Shown: one piece after another, positions 1-9,473 of the stretch
How the letters are laid out: every line of letters starts with the position of its first letter
Numbering within the stretch: position 1 is the first letter of the stretch
DNA from: an uncultured Bdellovibrio sp.
GTDB lineage: Bacteria; Bdellovibrionota; Bdellovibrionia; Bdellovibrionales; Bdellovibrionaceae
DNA length: 64,000 bases
Direction of reading: 5' to 3'
Assembly: GCA_963932905.1 (NCBI GenBank)
Contig: CAWVRN010000017.1
Span: 1 to 64,000, forward strand
Position numbers and translations under genes: made by a program
Notes under the pieces: generated by a model
The model's database searches: none
Seen by the model: only the letters and a program-made list of their open reading frames with translations
Told to the model about the DNA's origin: nothing

Positions 1-2
1 AA

Positions 3-239
3 TATAAAGGTCGAGCAAGCGCCATTGTGGGTCAAGGTGAGTTGAAGAAGGTTGGGTTTGACCCGTTGTTTGCGATTAACCATACGTGCGCGACTTTAAG
101 AGCTAGGACTTGTAGATTGATCCGAAGAACTTGGTGCACTACGAAGAAGCCGGAAATGCTTAATTTACATTTGGCGATAGTGTGTCTTCATCATAACTTG
201 AATTTAAAGAAATTAAATCTCCCCTTAGCTGCAGCCTAA
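3..239 (+). mobile_element. 3' end of IS1-like (DDE) transposase, 5'-truncated by window edge
   Basis: Frame open from position 3 (YKGRASAIVGQGELKKVGFDPLFAINHTCATLRARTCRLIRRTWCTTKK). LR..xxRLxRRTxCxxK resembles the C-terminal motif of IS1-family InsB transposases. No terminal inverted repeat identified. Confidence 0.55.
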
Positions 240-250
240 GGGGCCAGTTC

Positions 251-1111
251 TTAGGGTTTAACAGCGATCGTTTGTCCCAATTGGGCAAACGTTTCTATTC
301 CTTGCGCTGAATAGCTTAGAATTTTTTCTTGAAATACCATTTTAGTATTTAGAAATACAACGGCTGTAGATCCACCGAATTCGAAATACCCGCATTCATC
401 ACCCTTATTAAAACGAGTTCCCGTTTTGTGAGTAATTTGGATCGACCCAATGTAGGTTGCACCAATTAGAACGATGTATGCACGGGCATGGTTGTCGAAT
501 TCTAGTTCTAGAACTGTCCTTTTATTTCGAATGAACAGTTTGGAATCATGCTTAAGTGTCACTGGATTTATCGAATATAATTTACCACCAATCGTTTTTG
601 CGAATTTTAAAATACCGGAAAAGGGAAAGTGGAAACGGTGATATTCTTTAGGTGACAAGCGAACAACCATGCTTTGCTTGATTTCAAATGTAGGTTCGAA
701 CTGTAGTAATTCGTTGGCGGTCGAAGTGATTCCTTTGATGGGAAGAGTCGCATCTGTTGAAACTAAATAGTATCCTTCGGCAAGCGCCGAAAAATTATTT
801 TCACCTTTCGAAAATGGACGGGACGTCGGTTTAAAGTTTCGAATAAAATAGTCGTTTAAAGATTTATAGTTTTCGTTAATATAGTCATCGTCCACAATAT
901 CGAATTCTCTTCTAAAACCTGCTATTTTGCTATGGCTCATTGGTGACTTAAGATATTTTGAAACCACTTGGCTAAATATTGGAAATGAAATTGCATAGTT
1001 AACAAGTTTACCAAGTGAGTTAGTGAAAAGCCAATCTGCGATGGCATCACGTTGAATTTTGAGTGGTACAAGCTCATCCGTGGATAAATTGTAGAAACTA
1101 GATTTTTTCAT
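251..1111 (-). CDS. psd: Phosphatidylserine decarboxylase family (pyruvoyl-dependent) proenzyme
   Basis: SLNDYFIR, LSPKEYHRFHFP, IGATYIGSI and the GYFEFGGST self-cleavage motif. Overlaps the upstream ORF by 14 nt. Confidence 0.88.
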   Translation of the reverse strand: MKKSSFYNLSTDELVPLKIQRDAIADWLFTNSLGKLVNYAISFPIFSQVVSKYLKSPMSHSKIAGFRREFDIVDDDYINENYKSLNDYFIRNFKPTSRPFSKGENNFSALAEGYYLVSTDATLPIKGITSTANELLQFEPTFEIKQSMVVRLSPKEYHRFHFPFSGILKFAKTIGGKLYSINPVTLKHDSKLFIRNKRTVLELEFDNHARAYIVLIGATYIGSIQITHKTGTRFNKGDECGYFEFGGSTAVVFLNTKMVFQEKILSYSAQGIETFAQLGQTIAVKP

Positions 1112-2009
1112 ATAGTTTAATCCTATAGGAACCAGTCATTTCGTTTTCAAATAGTTTAGTATTGTGAGTGTTTTCTTTTAACTGATCACTCACTAGGTGA
1201 ATTTCATCAATATAGGACCTAAATAGTATCTGACCTCGAGACGTTAAGGCGCGAGGTACCACATTTATCATTTTCATTTTTTCGACGGGGTTTAAATAAT
1301 TTATGACATTTGAATAAGAAATGAAATCTAATTCGTTTTTCTTGCTGGCTAGAAACTCGTTAATATCTTGGTGTATGTAGTGGATTTTAATATTCGGAAG
1401 ATTGTTTTTGGCTTGTTGCCAAGTGTGTTCAGAAATTAATTCTGAAAATGCTTCAAGTGTTTCAGCGCGGCCCTTGATCAGCTGCTGCCAAAAGAAATTT
1501 TTTCGGTAGTCTGTTCTCATCAGTTTGTGAAATGATAACTTGATATAATCGTGATAGTTAATATCGGTTGATCGGTCTTTCCTGGCCTGTTTTAAAATAT
1601 AGGAATATATTTTTACAAATAAAGGCCATCTTTTTAATGTGGTAAGATCCACGGTTCCTCGGAATTGTGAACCAAAGAAAAGGCGCAGCAGTCGAGCCCT
1701 CGTTTGATAACTCCGTTCATGACGGCCTCTATACAGCGGACTGGTTACGGAGGTGGGATTGACTTTATCAATGAAGCTCTGATAGTCGGGTTCGTGTAAC
1801 AAGCGTAGAACTGACTTCACTTGATCCATTTGAAGCAGAGACTGATCGACAATATAGATTGTTTGGATATGATCTGCAGATAGCAATGGCAGCACACGAT
1901 AACCACTTCCAGCAATGCTGGCCACAGTCTTCGCTGTGTTCGGCAAAACAGAACGTTCGCACCTAGGATCTTCATTTAAGAAAGAATACTTCAGATTATT
2001 TTTTTTCAT
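1098..2009 (-). CDS. DUF3419/BtaA-family SAM-dependent 3-amino-3-carboxypropyl transferase-like protein
   Basis: N-terminal YSFLNEDP, then VASIAGSG..VLPLL, VDQSLLQ and YSNVINYL follow the BtaA/DUF3419 motif order. Confidence 0.72.
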   Translation of the reverse strand: MKKNNLKYSFLNEDPRCERSVLPNTAKTVASIAGSGYRVLPLLSADHIQTIYIVDQSLLQMDQVKSVLRLLHEPDYQSFIDKVNPTSVTSPLYRGRHERSYQTRARLLRLFFGSQFRGTVDLTTLKRWPLFVKIYSYILKQARKDRSTDINYHDYIKLSFHKLMRTDYRKNFFWQQLIKGRAETLEAFSELISEHTWQQAKNNLPNIKIHYIHQDINEFLASKKNELDFISYSNVINYLNPVEKMKMINVVPRALTSRGQILFRSYIDEIHLVSDQLKENTHNTKLFENEMTGSYRIKLYEKI

Positions 2010-4224
2010 TTTCCACCGACTGGTTACTAAATGACCTTAAAATCCAGACATCACCAAACAGAGTCGCGATTAATCCAAAGAACATCAATAATCCAAACGT
2101 TTTTGGCGGCGAGAAATACGAAAATAAAAATAACAAAGCCGAAAGTGACATAATGGCTAAGCAAACCGTCGCACCGCCGGCCAGCTCACCAAGTCCTTTT
2201 GAAATACCTTTGTTTTTATCAACGAGCAAAAAATTAATGGCGTTGTCGCCGGCAAGACCAACCAAGATACTAGCAAACACACTGGTCAGGAAGTTAAGGG
2301 GCATTTGAAATACGATCACTACCAAAAACATCAGTGCTGGCCCCCAGAAGGACGATAAGATGATAGGAATAATTTGATTTCCAGCGTTTACGGCTAGGCA
2401 GATCCAAACGATAATGAGGCTTACGTGAATAATGCTTACAAAGAAACTCTCGTAAAGTGTTTTAGGAACTAGTGATAGCAAGTCCAAATGTTTGACTAGC
2501 CCAGAAATCACTTGGCACTTTTCAATTTTGCAAAAGTCTCGAAGGGTGTTCACTGCCAGGCCTACACCGGCAACCTCAAGACTGTCAATATAGACAAGAA
2601 TTCGGCGACGGCCCGTAGCATCTTCATAACGCTTGTACGACTCATCGGAACCCCATTCAATTTTGACCAGCGGTTTTACGTCGTCGGGAATATTCTTGTT
2701 TAGTTCATCTAATGCTAAAATTCCGCTTTCGATATTTTTAACAAACTTATACTTTGATATTTTGTCGATGGCCTGTCTGACTTGATCATCATTAATTCCC
2801 ACATCAAAAATAATACTCGTCGAGGACTGCCAAGACCGTGTTTCTGAAATGTAGTCAACGGTTTGTCTAAGTTGTTTATCTCGCGAGAAAATGGAATAGA
2901 AATGTTCATTCGTGTTTACGAAATAGGCTCCAAATATTGCGAAAACATAAACTAAAAGCAGAATCTTGCTTTTTTTAAATGATAAATTGCTAATCTGAAT
3001 TTTATTTGCCCAGCGAATGCCGAATGCCTTGCTAGATTTAACCCAAGAGCCTTTCATTTTAAACAATGAATGAATCGCCGGGGTGTAACAGAAAAGAATA
3101 ACCCATTCCAAAATAGATCCAATCGCCGCCCATAACCCCAATTTTTGAATAGATGCCAAATCTGAAACGGTGAGTGAAATAAATCCTACGGCCGTTGTTA
3201 ACGATGTCATAGCGCTGGGTAAAATCAAACGACGATGTGCTTTTCTAAATCCATCTTTGAGCATCAAAGTAGAAACGAAAATAAAATCTTCTAGTGCCGC
3301 TACACCAAGAATCATAAATAAACTATCTGATAGGGCATCTGACGTGGAACCAAACATCGCTTTAAGTGCCATCAATAACGAGTAACCTAAAATTAAATTC
3401 GTGTTGTAAATTAACCCAGATAACCAAGTTCCAAATGACAATCGACAAAGCACGATCAGCATCAGGCAAAATACCAAATTGATCCATTGGGTGGTATCTA
3501 TCCCATAAAGAACTTCAGAAATGTATTCCGCATTGCCGACGTAGGAAAATTGAATTGTCTGTCCAAATTTCTTTGCAAGGCGGTGCTTGATGTCGTCTAG
3601 AGCCACAGGATTAAAGCTGCCATATTTAAAGTTTTCGGTTTCTTCAAACGAAAGATTGATAACTATATCATTTGAACGGCCAACAAATATTTTCCCCCAC
3701 AATGAAGATTTTAAATTGTCTAGTGAGATCACTTTATCGGACGGGTTTTTGCAATCCAGTTGGATATAGCGGGGATAGAAAAGAATCTTGTCCTCAAATT
3801 TTGCTTCACGAATACTAAAACTAGAACTGACCGAATGTATGTTTAAATGATTAGCTAAATCGTAATTTACATAGCCTCGCAATGCACACAGCTGTGATTC
3901 CGTCCATTGCGTATTTTTACTTCGTGCGAGAATGGTGACACTTGGTTTTTCTTCGAAATGTTCTTTCAGATCTTGGTAGGCTTGCGCGCTAGGTAATCCG
4001 CGTGCATCCATGTCATCGGCAGAGAGTTCGATTTTTAATTTGCCGATGTTAAAATAAATTATCAAAAGCACGGCGATAATCGAACCAGCCCAAAGGACGG
4101 GATGACGAATCGCATTTCTGTGAGTCAGTAGCAATACGTAATGTATCCAGCGCAGACTTTTTCGCGAAATGGAATAGAGGGGAGATAGGCTAGTGACCTT
4201 ACTTTGGCCAGGTGGTTTCTGCAT
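1996..4224 (-). CDS. MMPL/RND-superfamily membrane transporter
   Basis: Two repeats of 1 TM + soluble domain + 5 TM. Motifs GVAALEDFIF, TSLTTAVGFISL and GLAGDNAINF. Exact start codon uncertain. Confidence 0.85.
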   Translation of the reverse strand: MQKPPGQSKVTSLSPLYSISRKSLRWIHYVLLLTHRNAIRHPVLWAGSIIAVLLIIYFNIGKLKIELSADDMDARGLPSAQAYQDLKEHFEEKPSVTILARSKNTQWTESQLCALRGYVNYDLANHLNIHSVSSSFSIREAKFEDKILFYPRYIQLDCKNPSDKVISLDNLKSSLWGKIFVGRSNDIVINLSFEETENFKYGSFNPVALDDIKHRLAKKFGQTIQFSYVGNAEYISEVLYGIDTTQWINLVFCLMLIVLCRLSFGTWLSGLIYNTNLILGYSLLMALKAMFGSTSDALSDSLFMILGVAALEDFIFVSTLMLKDGFRKAHRRLILPSAMTSLTTAVGFISLTVSDLASIQKLGLWAAIGSILEWVILFCYTPAIHSLFKMKGSWVKSSKAFGIRWANKIQISNLSFKKSKILLLVYVFAIFGAYFVNTNEHFYSIFSRDKQLRQTVDYISETRSWQSSTSIIFDVGINDDQVRQAIDKISKYKFVKNIESGILALDELNKNIPDDVKPLVKIEWGSDESYKRYEDATGRRRILVYIDSLEVAGVGLAVNTLRDFCKIEKCQVISGLVKHLDLLSLVPKTLYESFFVSIIHVSLIIVWICLAVNAGNQIIPIILSSFWGPALMFLVVIVFQMPLNFLTSVFASILVGLAGDNAINFLLVDKNKGISKGLGELAGGATVCLAIMSLSALLFLFSYFSPPKTFGLLMFFGLIATLFGDVWILRSFSNQSVENEKK

Positions 4225-4261
4225 TAATTGAAGTCTAATTTATATTGTGAGACAATCAACA

Positions 4262-4302
4262 AAGAACCCCTTCATAAATTCATCATTTATGAAGGGGTTC
4301 TT
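4262..4302. repeat. Perfect 18-bp inverted repeat with 5-nt loop (hairpin, operator or terminator)
   Basis: AAGAACCCCTTCATAAAT-tcatc-ATTTATGAAGGGGTTCTT between divergent genes. Confidence 0.85.
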
Positions 4303-4394
4303 ATATAATGCGTTAATAATTCTGATGTTGAACGTTTTATAAAATATTGGTCGTATTGTTATGTACATTAATAAAAGTCACAGGAGAAAATTTT

Positions 4395-6005
4395 ATGAAC
4401 AAGCTTATTAGTTTGATAGCTGTGTTGTCGTTTTTCGCAGTAGCGAATTCAGCACCGACGAAAGAAAGATGGCCCACAAAATATGAACCAATGGTGGCTA
4501 TGCCTGAAGCGTATACTGTTGCGCCAATTTCATACGAACAGTCTTTAAAAATGGCTGAAGAAGCAAAGAATACTCAAGTTCGCAAAATTGCTGGCGTTGC
4601 GGATGAAACGGGAATGTCGAAAGAACTTGTAGAACTTCGTAATGCGTTAAACAAACTAGGTTATGATGATAATGGGAAAAAACTACCGAAAGCGGAATTA
4701 TATAAGGCTGCAAACAAGCTTCACAAAATTCTGTTAGATGCCAAGGCGAAAGCCGAAACGGCTGAAAATGATTTCAAATTTGTAGTAGCTCATTTGGCTC
4801 CAATGGCGGCTTATCGTAGTATTGTATATCGTATGATTCCTGTTCTTCAACCGTCTCAAGCATTAAGACAATCGATTGTAGATACAATCCAAGATTCATA
4901 TGCTGATATGAAATTATTTTTTCCAGATTCAGAATGGGAAGTGGGGTTCGCGTACATAACAGAACCTTTTTCTGCTTCAAAAGTTGAAGGCGTCGATATC
5001 CCTGCTTCTGCTGATCAATTCAAAAATGAAAGTGAAGTTCAAGCCTACTTAACCGGTAGAATTGCGAATGAAGCTCAGTGGGCTAGCGCGATTTTGTCTA
5101 AGATTAATGTTCCAGCTGACAAGCCACTTGTATTAGATAACCGTCTGATTTACGGAAAAATGGCTTTCAGTAATAAAGCAGATACTGATCGCTATACATG
5201 GGTTAGACAGTATGACGTAACAGCCGCACGTGGTCGCATAGAAAAACAACTCTATTCAATTCGAATCAATGCAGTTTACAACATTCAAAAATCAGCACAG
5301 TTGGCTTCGGAAGTCGCAGCCCTTTACGGGATCGAAGTCGCAAAGGCGAAAATTGCAGGCCTGATTAAAAAAGACGTAATGGCACCAACTCGTAAAGACC
5401 GTATTTCTATTGTTATGCACAGAGAATTCGCGGATTCGTTCGTTAAAAATCCAGATGCTCAAAAGCATTTAGAAGCGGCTATCACTCATCTGCAAAACAG
5501 TGTGGCGCTAAACTACTCTGCTTGGTTAGCGTACTCTAAAGTAACTGATGCCGCATTAAATGCGATCATCGATCCTGCATTTTTCAAAGCTAGAATTCCA
5601 GAAACTGAAAAAGGTTTTAAAAATGCAATTGGCCTGGTCTACGGAAAACAAGATACGGTTACTAGTGTAATTACTGGTAAAACAGTAAAAATTAATTTCC
5701 GCCAGTTCTTATTAACTAGTTTGCCTCACGATAGCAAAAATATGTTGCCAACTATCTTCGATGATAAAGGGCCACGTTACTTAACTCGTGATGGTATGAA
5801 ATATCGTGACTACGCCTGGGGACGTGCGATTGGTTGGGATTCTGCTATCTACCAAAATTTGTTCCCAGAATTAAAAGATATCATTAACGATCCAAAACAA
5901 GGCAAACAAGTCGCCGACCTCGAAGTGAATGATTACATGAAGACCTTCACTGAAAGCCGTGGTGGAACTCAAATCGCAGATTTTTTACTGGGCTACGTTC
6001 GCTAG
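4395..6005 (+). CDS. Secreted hypothetical protein
   Basis: AGGAG RBS before ATG 4395 (preferred to TTG 4347). Sec signal peptide MNKLISLIAVLSFFAVANSA. No family recognised. Confidence 0.75.
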   Translation: MNKLISLIAVLSFFAVANSAPTKERWPTKYEPMVAMPEAYTVAPISYEQSLKMAEEAKNTQVRKIAGVADETGMSKELVELRNALNKLGYDDNGKKLPKAELYKAANKLHKILLDAKAKAETAENDFKFVVAHLAPMAAYRSIVYRMIPVLQPSQALRQSIVDTIQDSYADMKLFFPDSEWEVGFAYITEPFSASKVEGVDIPASADQFKNESEVQAYLTGRIANEAQWASAILSKINVPADKPLVLDNRLIYGKMAFSNKADTDRYTWVRQYDVTAARGRIEKQLYSIRINAVYNIQKSAQLASEVAALYGIEVAKAKIAGLIKKDVMAPTRKDRISIVMHREFADSFVKNPDAQKHLEAAITHLQNSVALNYSAWLAYSKVTDAALNAIIDPAFFKARIPETEKGFKNAIGLVYGKQDTVTSVITGKTVKINFRQFLLTSLPHDSKNMLPTIFDDKGPRYLTRDGMKYRDYAWGRAIGWDSAIYQNLFPELKDIINDPKQGKQVADLEVNDYMKTFTESRGGTQIADFLLGYVR

Positions 6006-6011
6006 TCTGAA

Positions 6012-7595
6012 GTGACTAAGGATCTAAATCTTCTCGTTGCTCTTGAGATCGAAAGAATCAAGAGCAAAACGCAGAATAAAAAATACATTTTAACGGATAC
6101 TATGATCGGAGAATCGTTGGTGACCCCAACGATTCTTACGTTTAGCCTATTCGAATTAGGTCTTTACAATGGAAACTCGATCGCACAAGCGATGGAATGG
6201 TTGGGTTTTCCGTTCTATCACAAGCCAACTGAGCCCGCAGCATTCATGCTTTTGTTTGGGCGCCCCTACGTAAATGTGTCTTCATATACACAAGCGTCTT
6301 TGCCTTATTGGCCGATAAAATTTTCAACTAATCACCAAGTAGAAATGTCGATCAAACCGTCGATTCTATTATTGTGGCCGCTGATGTTGTATCAATCGGG
6401 AAGGATTCTGTATCATCTGCGACAATTTATTCTAAGTGCAGAATCTAAATGGGCATCAATGAAAATGGACTGTCCGCGCGCGATTTTGGAAACTGAAAAC
6501 TTGGGAACGAGTGCGCAAAAGATGGAGCAGTCTTTAAAAAATAGTCAGAAATTTTTTGCCTTTCACGTGGCTACCGATTTTTGTTTTGGTGGTATCCAGG
6601 TTCTGTTAAAGGGCCTACATAAAATATTGAAGGCTCCTCACGATATCAATGTTTGGGATCCTAATTATCAAGATATGCCTTTGATTCAGTTTCACTTAGA
6701 TTTATGGAAACTCAGCCATAATCAAATTTCTAGAGAGTCTTTTATCGCTAAACACGGTTGCCGTAGTCATAAAGATTGGGAAATATCGGCACCTAGATTT
6801 TATGAATCGTCCTCGCAGCTGGATGAATTGTTAAAAAGCTTAAAAGAGAAAGATAGTTTTGAGATTGTTTTTAAAAATCAACAGGTAGAAAAAGCTAAAC
6901 GACAAGATGAAATTAGGAATTATTTGAATCGAAAAACATCAATTTTAAAAAATTGGTATCTGAAGCTTGGACAAAGCTATGCGAAAATTTTTGTTTTACG
7001 TGAAGATTCCAAACGGCTTTGTTTTGAATGGATAGCATTGTTTCGGCGTGTAGTTATAAATATTCAGCGCGAAAATCATTGGGGTGATATCGTATATCAC
7101 TTGTCCATTGATGAATTAGAATCTGCAGTGCTTGAAACCGACCGTATTAAGTTAGCGTCTTTATTTCAAATGGCTCAAGAGCGTAAGGATGCTGCGGATC
7201 GGTTGATTGCCGTAAAGCTTCCGTCCGCAGTCGACACGAGCCGCTTGAACGAGCTTTTCAATTTAGAAACTTCCTCACAGATTGATGAACTTGTTTGCTT
7301 GTCTCCGGGGGTTGCGGAAGGGGATGTCATCGTAGTGAATTCGGCCGCCGATTGTACCTCAATTCAAGCTAATCATATTGTGGTGACGCGATTTGTGGAT
7401 CCCCAGTATATTCCTTTCATGATCAAGGCTCGCGGTTGGATTCTTGAACAAGGCAGTTTGCTGGGGCATTCTTCTATATTGGCTCGCGAGGCGCTGATTC
7501 CAGTTGTATCCAGCTATCGCAATGCCACCGAGACATTTAAGCAAGGATCGCGTGTGCAGTTGGATGCGAACGTTGGCGTAGTCCGTCAAGTCTAA
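6012..7595 (+). CDS. PEP-utilising enzyme mobile (phospho-His swivel) domain protein, RPH/PPS-like, no ATP-grasp domain
   Basis: C-terminal SPGVAEG...EQGSLLGHSSILAREALIPVV...LDANVG. Central HGCRSHKDWEISAPRF resembles the helical substrate domain of rifampin-phosphotransferase-like proteins. Confidence 0.8.
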   Translation: MTKDLNLLVALEIERIKSKTQNKKYILTDTMIGESLVTPTILTFSLFELGLYNGNSIAQAMEWLGFPFYHKPTEPAAFMLLFGRPYVNVSSYTQASLPYWPIKFSTNHQVEMSIKPSILLLWPLMLYQSGRILYHLRQFILSAESKWASMKMDCPRAILETENLGTSAQKMEQSLKNSQKFFAFHVATDFCFGGIQVLLKGLHKILKAPHDINVWDPNYQDMPLIQFHLDLWKLSHNQISRESFIAKHGCRSHKDWEISAPRFYESSSQLDELLKSLKEKDSFEIVFKNQQVEKAKRQDEIRNYLNRKTSILKNWYLKLGQSYAKIFVLREDSKRLCFEWIALFRRVVINIQRENHWGDIVYHLSIDELESAVLETDRIKLASLFQMAQERKDAADRLIAVKLPSAVDTSRLNELFNLETSSQIDELVCLSPGVAEGDVIVVNSAADCTSIQANHIVVTRFVDPQYIPFMIKARGWILEQGSLLGHSSILAREALIPVVSSYRNATETFKQGSRVQLDANVGVVRQV

Positions 7596-7613
7596 GGTCT
7601 AGATCTGAAATCG

Positions 7614-7629
7614 TGGCATTGATCCTGCT
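7614..7629 (+). promoter_or_regulatory. Putative sigma-54 (-24/-12) promoter
   Basis: TGGCAT-TGATC-CTGCT, with exact GG-N10-GC spacing, upstream of an AGGAG RBS and the ORF at 7655. Confidence 0.55.
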
Positions 7630-7654
7630 CCTGTTCTGAACTACACAGGAGCGC

Positions 7655-8146
7655 GTGATGTACATAGACTTCCCTAATTATAACGAAGGTCCAGTCGCTG
7701 CGTTGATGCGATTGAAAAGCATGAGCCTAGCGGAATCAAAAAATGATTTCAGAAAACGACACGTTCGTGTTGAGCTTTCTTTTCTTGCCGACAAACAACG
7801 TTGGCAAATGGTGTTTTATAAAAATCAGCAAATGATTTTTCTGAAAACATTTTCGAAAACATGTCGTTCATCGATCGGTCATTGGTTCCGGACTTATAAC
7901 TTGGAATTGGACCAAGAGTCCCAAGTAAAAATTCCATGGAAGTCGCTAGAGAGCGGGGAAAAATGGGTGGTCGAGGCTTATGTGAATCGACGTTACTGGA
8001 GTTTACTAGAGTTGCCTCCAGAGCTTTCTCTGTGCCAAATAATCAAATGGCCAGAGAATAGAAAACCGCGTCCGAGAAGGAACCTTTTTGAATGCGAAGA
8101 TATGGGAAAAGTAATTCCGCTCCCGATCGTAAAAAAGCGACGTTAA
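7655..8146 (+). CDS. Hypothetical protein
   Basis: 163-aa ORF with AGGAG RBS. No recognised family. Confidence 0.6.
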   Translation: MMYIDFPNYNEGPVAALMRLKSMSLAESKNDFRKRHVRVELSFLADKQRWQMVFYKNQQMIFLKTFSKTCRSSIGHWFRTYNLELDQESQVKIPWKSLESGEKWVVEAYVNRRYWSLLELPPELSLCQIIKWPENRKPRPRRNLFECEDMGKVIPLPIVKKRR

Positions 8147-9456
8147 ATTTTAATTGCTTCAATAGTGTGTGAATGTTTCGGTTTCAACACTACGCTGATA
8201 CTGGGAGTTAGATCGATGGAATCACAACGCAAGTTAAAATTACGAAGAAGCTGGTATAGTATCCATTTTCCTTCCATCAAAGCCAGTTGACTACCGATGC
8301 AGGATCGTGGGCCAGCAGAAAACGGAAAGAAGGCTTTTTTGTTATAGTCTTTTTCAAAACGTTCAGGAATAAATGAATTAGGTTGGTCCCAATACTTGGC
8401 GCTGCGATGAGTGACGTACGGACATAAATTAATCGTACTGGCAGCGTCAATGCCGTAGCCCATAATTGAATCAGGTCCCACAGAATCACGCGAGATCATC
8501 CAAACGGGTGGATACAAACGCAATGATTCTTTTAAAATATTTTCTAACACTGTTAGCTTTGATAGATCGGCGTAATCTGAAACTTCAATCGAGCGTGCAA
8601 ATTCAGCAGCTTCTTTTAATTTATTCGGATGCTGAAGAAGCAGAAGCAGTGTCCAGCTAAGCATATTTGCGGATGTTTCATGTCCCGCCATAACAAAAGT
8701 GATCAGTTGGTCTTTTATAATTGAATCACTGATTTCGTTTGGATTTTTTATTTGTTCTTGAAGAAGTGTTTCTAAATAGTCTTGATGTTGCCCCAAATTT
8801 TCTTTTCGTTGACGAATAATATCTAACATCAATTTATCGATTAATGTTTTATATGAATTAAATTTTTTACCATTGCTGGTAACGTAGTACTCGTCCCAGT
8901 CAATAAATGCTTCCATTCGTCGATTCATAAATGAAACGCAGTATTCAAAAGCTGGCGATAGAACTTCTGTCTGTGATGATAAATCTAAATGGAACATGGT
9001 TTGGCTGATGATTGATAACGTAATTTCAATCATCTGCGATTGCAGATCCATTGATTGCTTCCGAGCAATTTGTAGAACCGTGGCTTCGGTTACTTTCTTA
9101 ATTGTATTGAAATAGTCCTTCATCGCGGGAGGCGAAAAACCGGGTTGGGCAGCTTTGCGTTGCTGCTGCCATAGTTGGCCTTCTGCCGTAACTAAACCCG
9201 AACCTAAAAATGTCTTTAGTTTTTCATAGCGTTTGCTTTTTGTATAATTCTTACTGTTGCCAACAAGGATATGTTGAATTGCGTCCGGGTCATAACAAAT
9301 ATAGCGAAATGATTGTCCTTTTTGAAACCTAACAAAGCCACCATATTTTTCGTGCATAGACTGGAACGTGCCAAGTGGATCGCGAATCAATTGCGGTATA
9401 ATGCCAACAAAAGGTAGACTATTCGGGCCCGGGGGCGCAAGATTAGGGGACATCAA
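8143..9456 (-). CDS. Cytochrome P450
   Basis: I-helix AGHETSA, ExxR (ESLRLYPP), FIPERF and heme motif FPFSAGPRSCIG. Confidence 0.95.
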   Translation of the reverse strand: MMSPNLAPPGPNSLPFVGIIPQLIRDPLGTFQSMHEKYGGFVRFQKGQSFRYICYDPDAIQHILVGNSKNYTKSKRYEKLKTFLGSGLVTAEGQLWQQQRKAAQPGFSPPAMKDYFNTIKKVTEATVLQIARKQSMDLQSQMIEITLSIISQTMFHLDLSSQTEVLSPAFEYCVSFMNRRMEAFIDWDEYYVTSNGKKFNSYKTLIDKLMLDIIRQRKENLGQHQDYLETLLQEQIKNPNEISDSIIKDQLITFVMAGHETSANMLSWTLLLLLQHPNKLKEAAEFARSIEVSDYADLSKLTVLENILKESLRLYPPVWMISRDSVGPDSIMGYGIDAASTINLCPYVTHRSAKYWDQPNSFIPERFEKDYNKKAFFPFSAGPRSCIGSQLALMEGKWILYQLLRNFNLRCDSIDLTPSISVVLKPKHSHTIEAIKI

Positions 9457-9473
9457 TTAGGATTGTAATCAAT

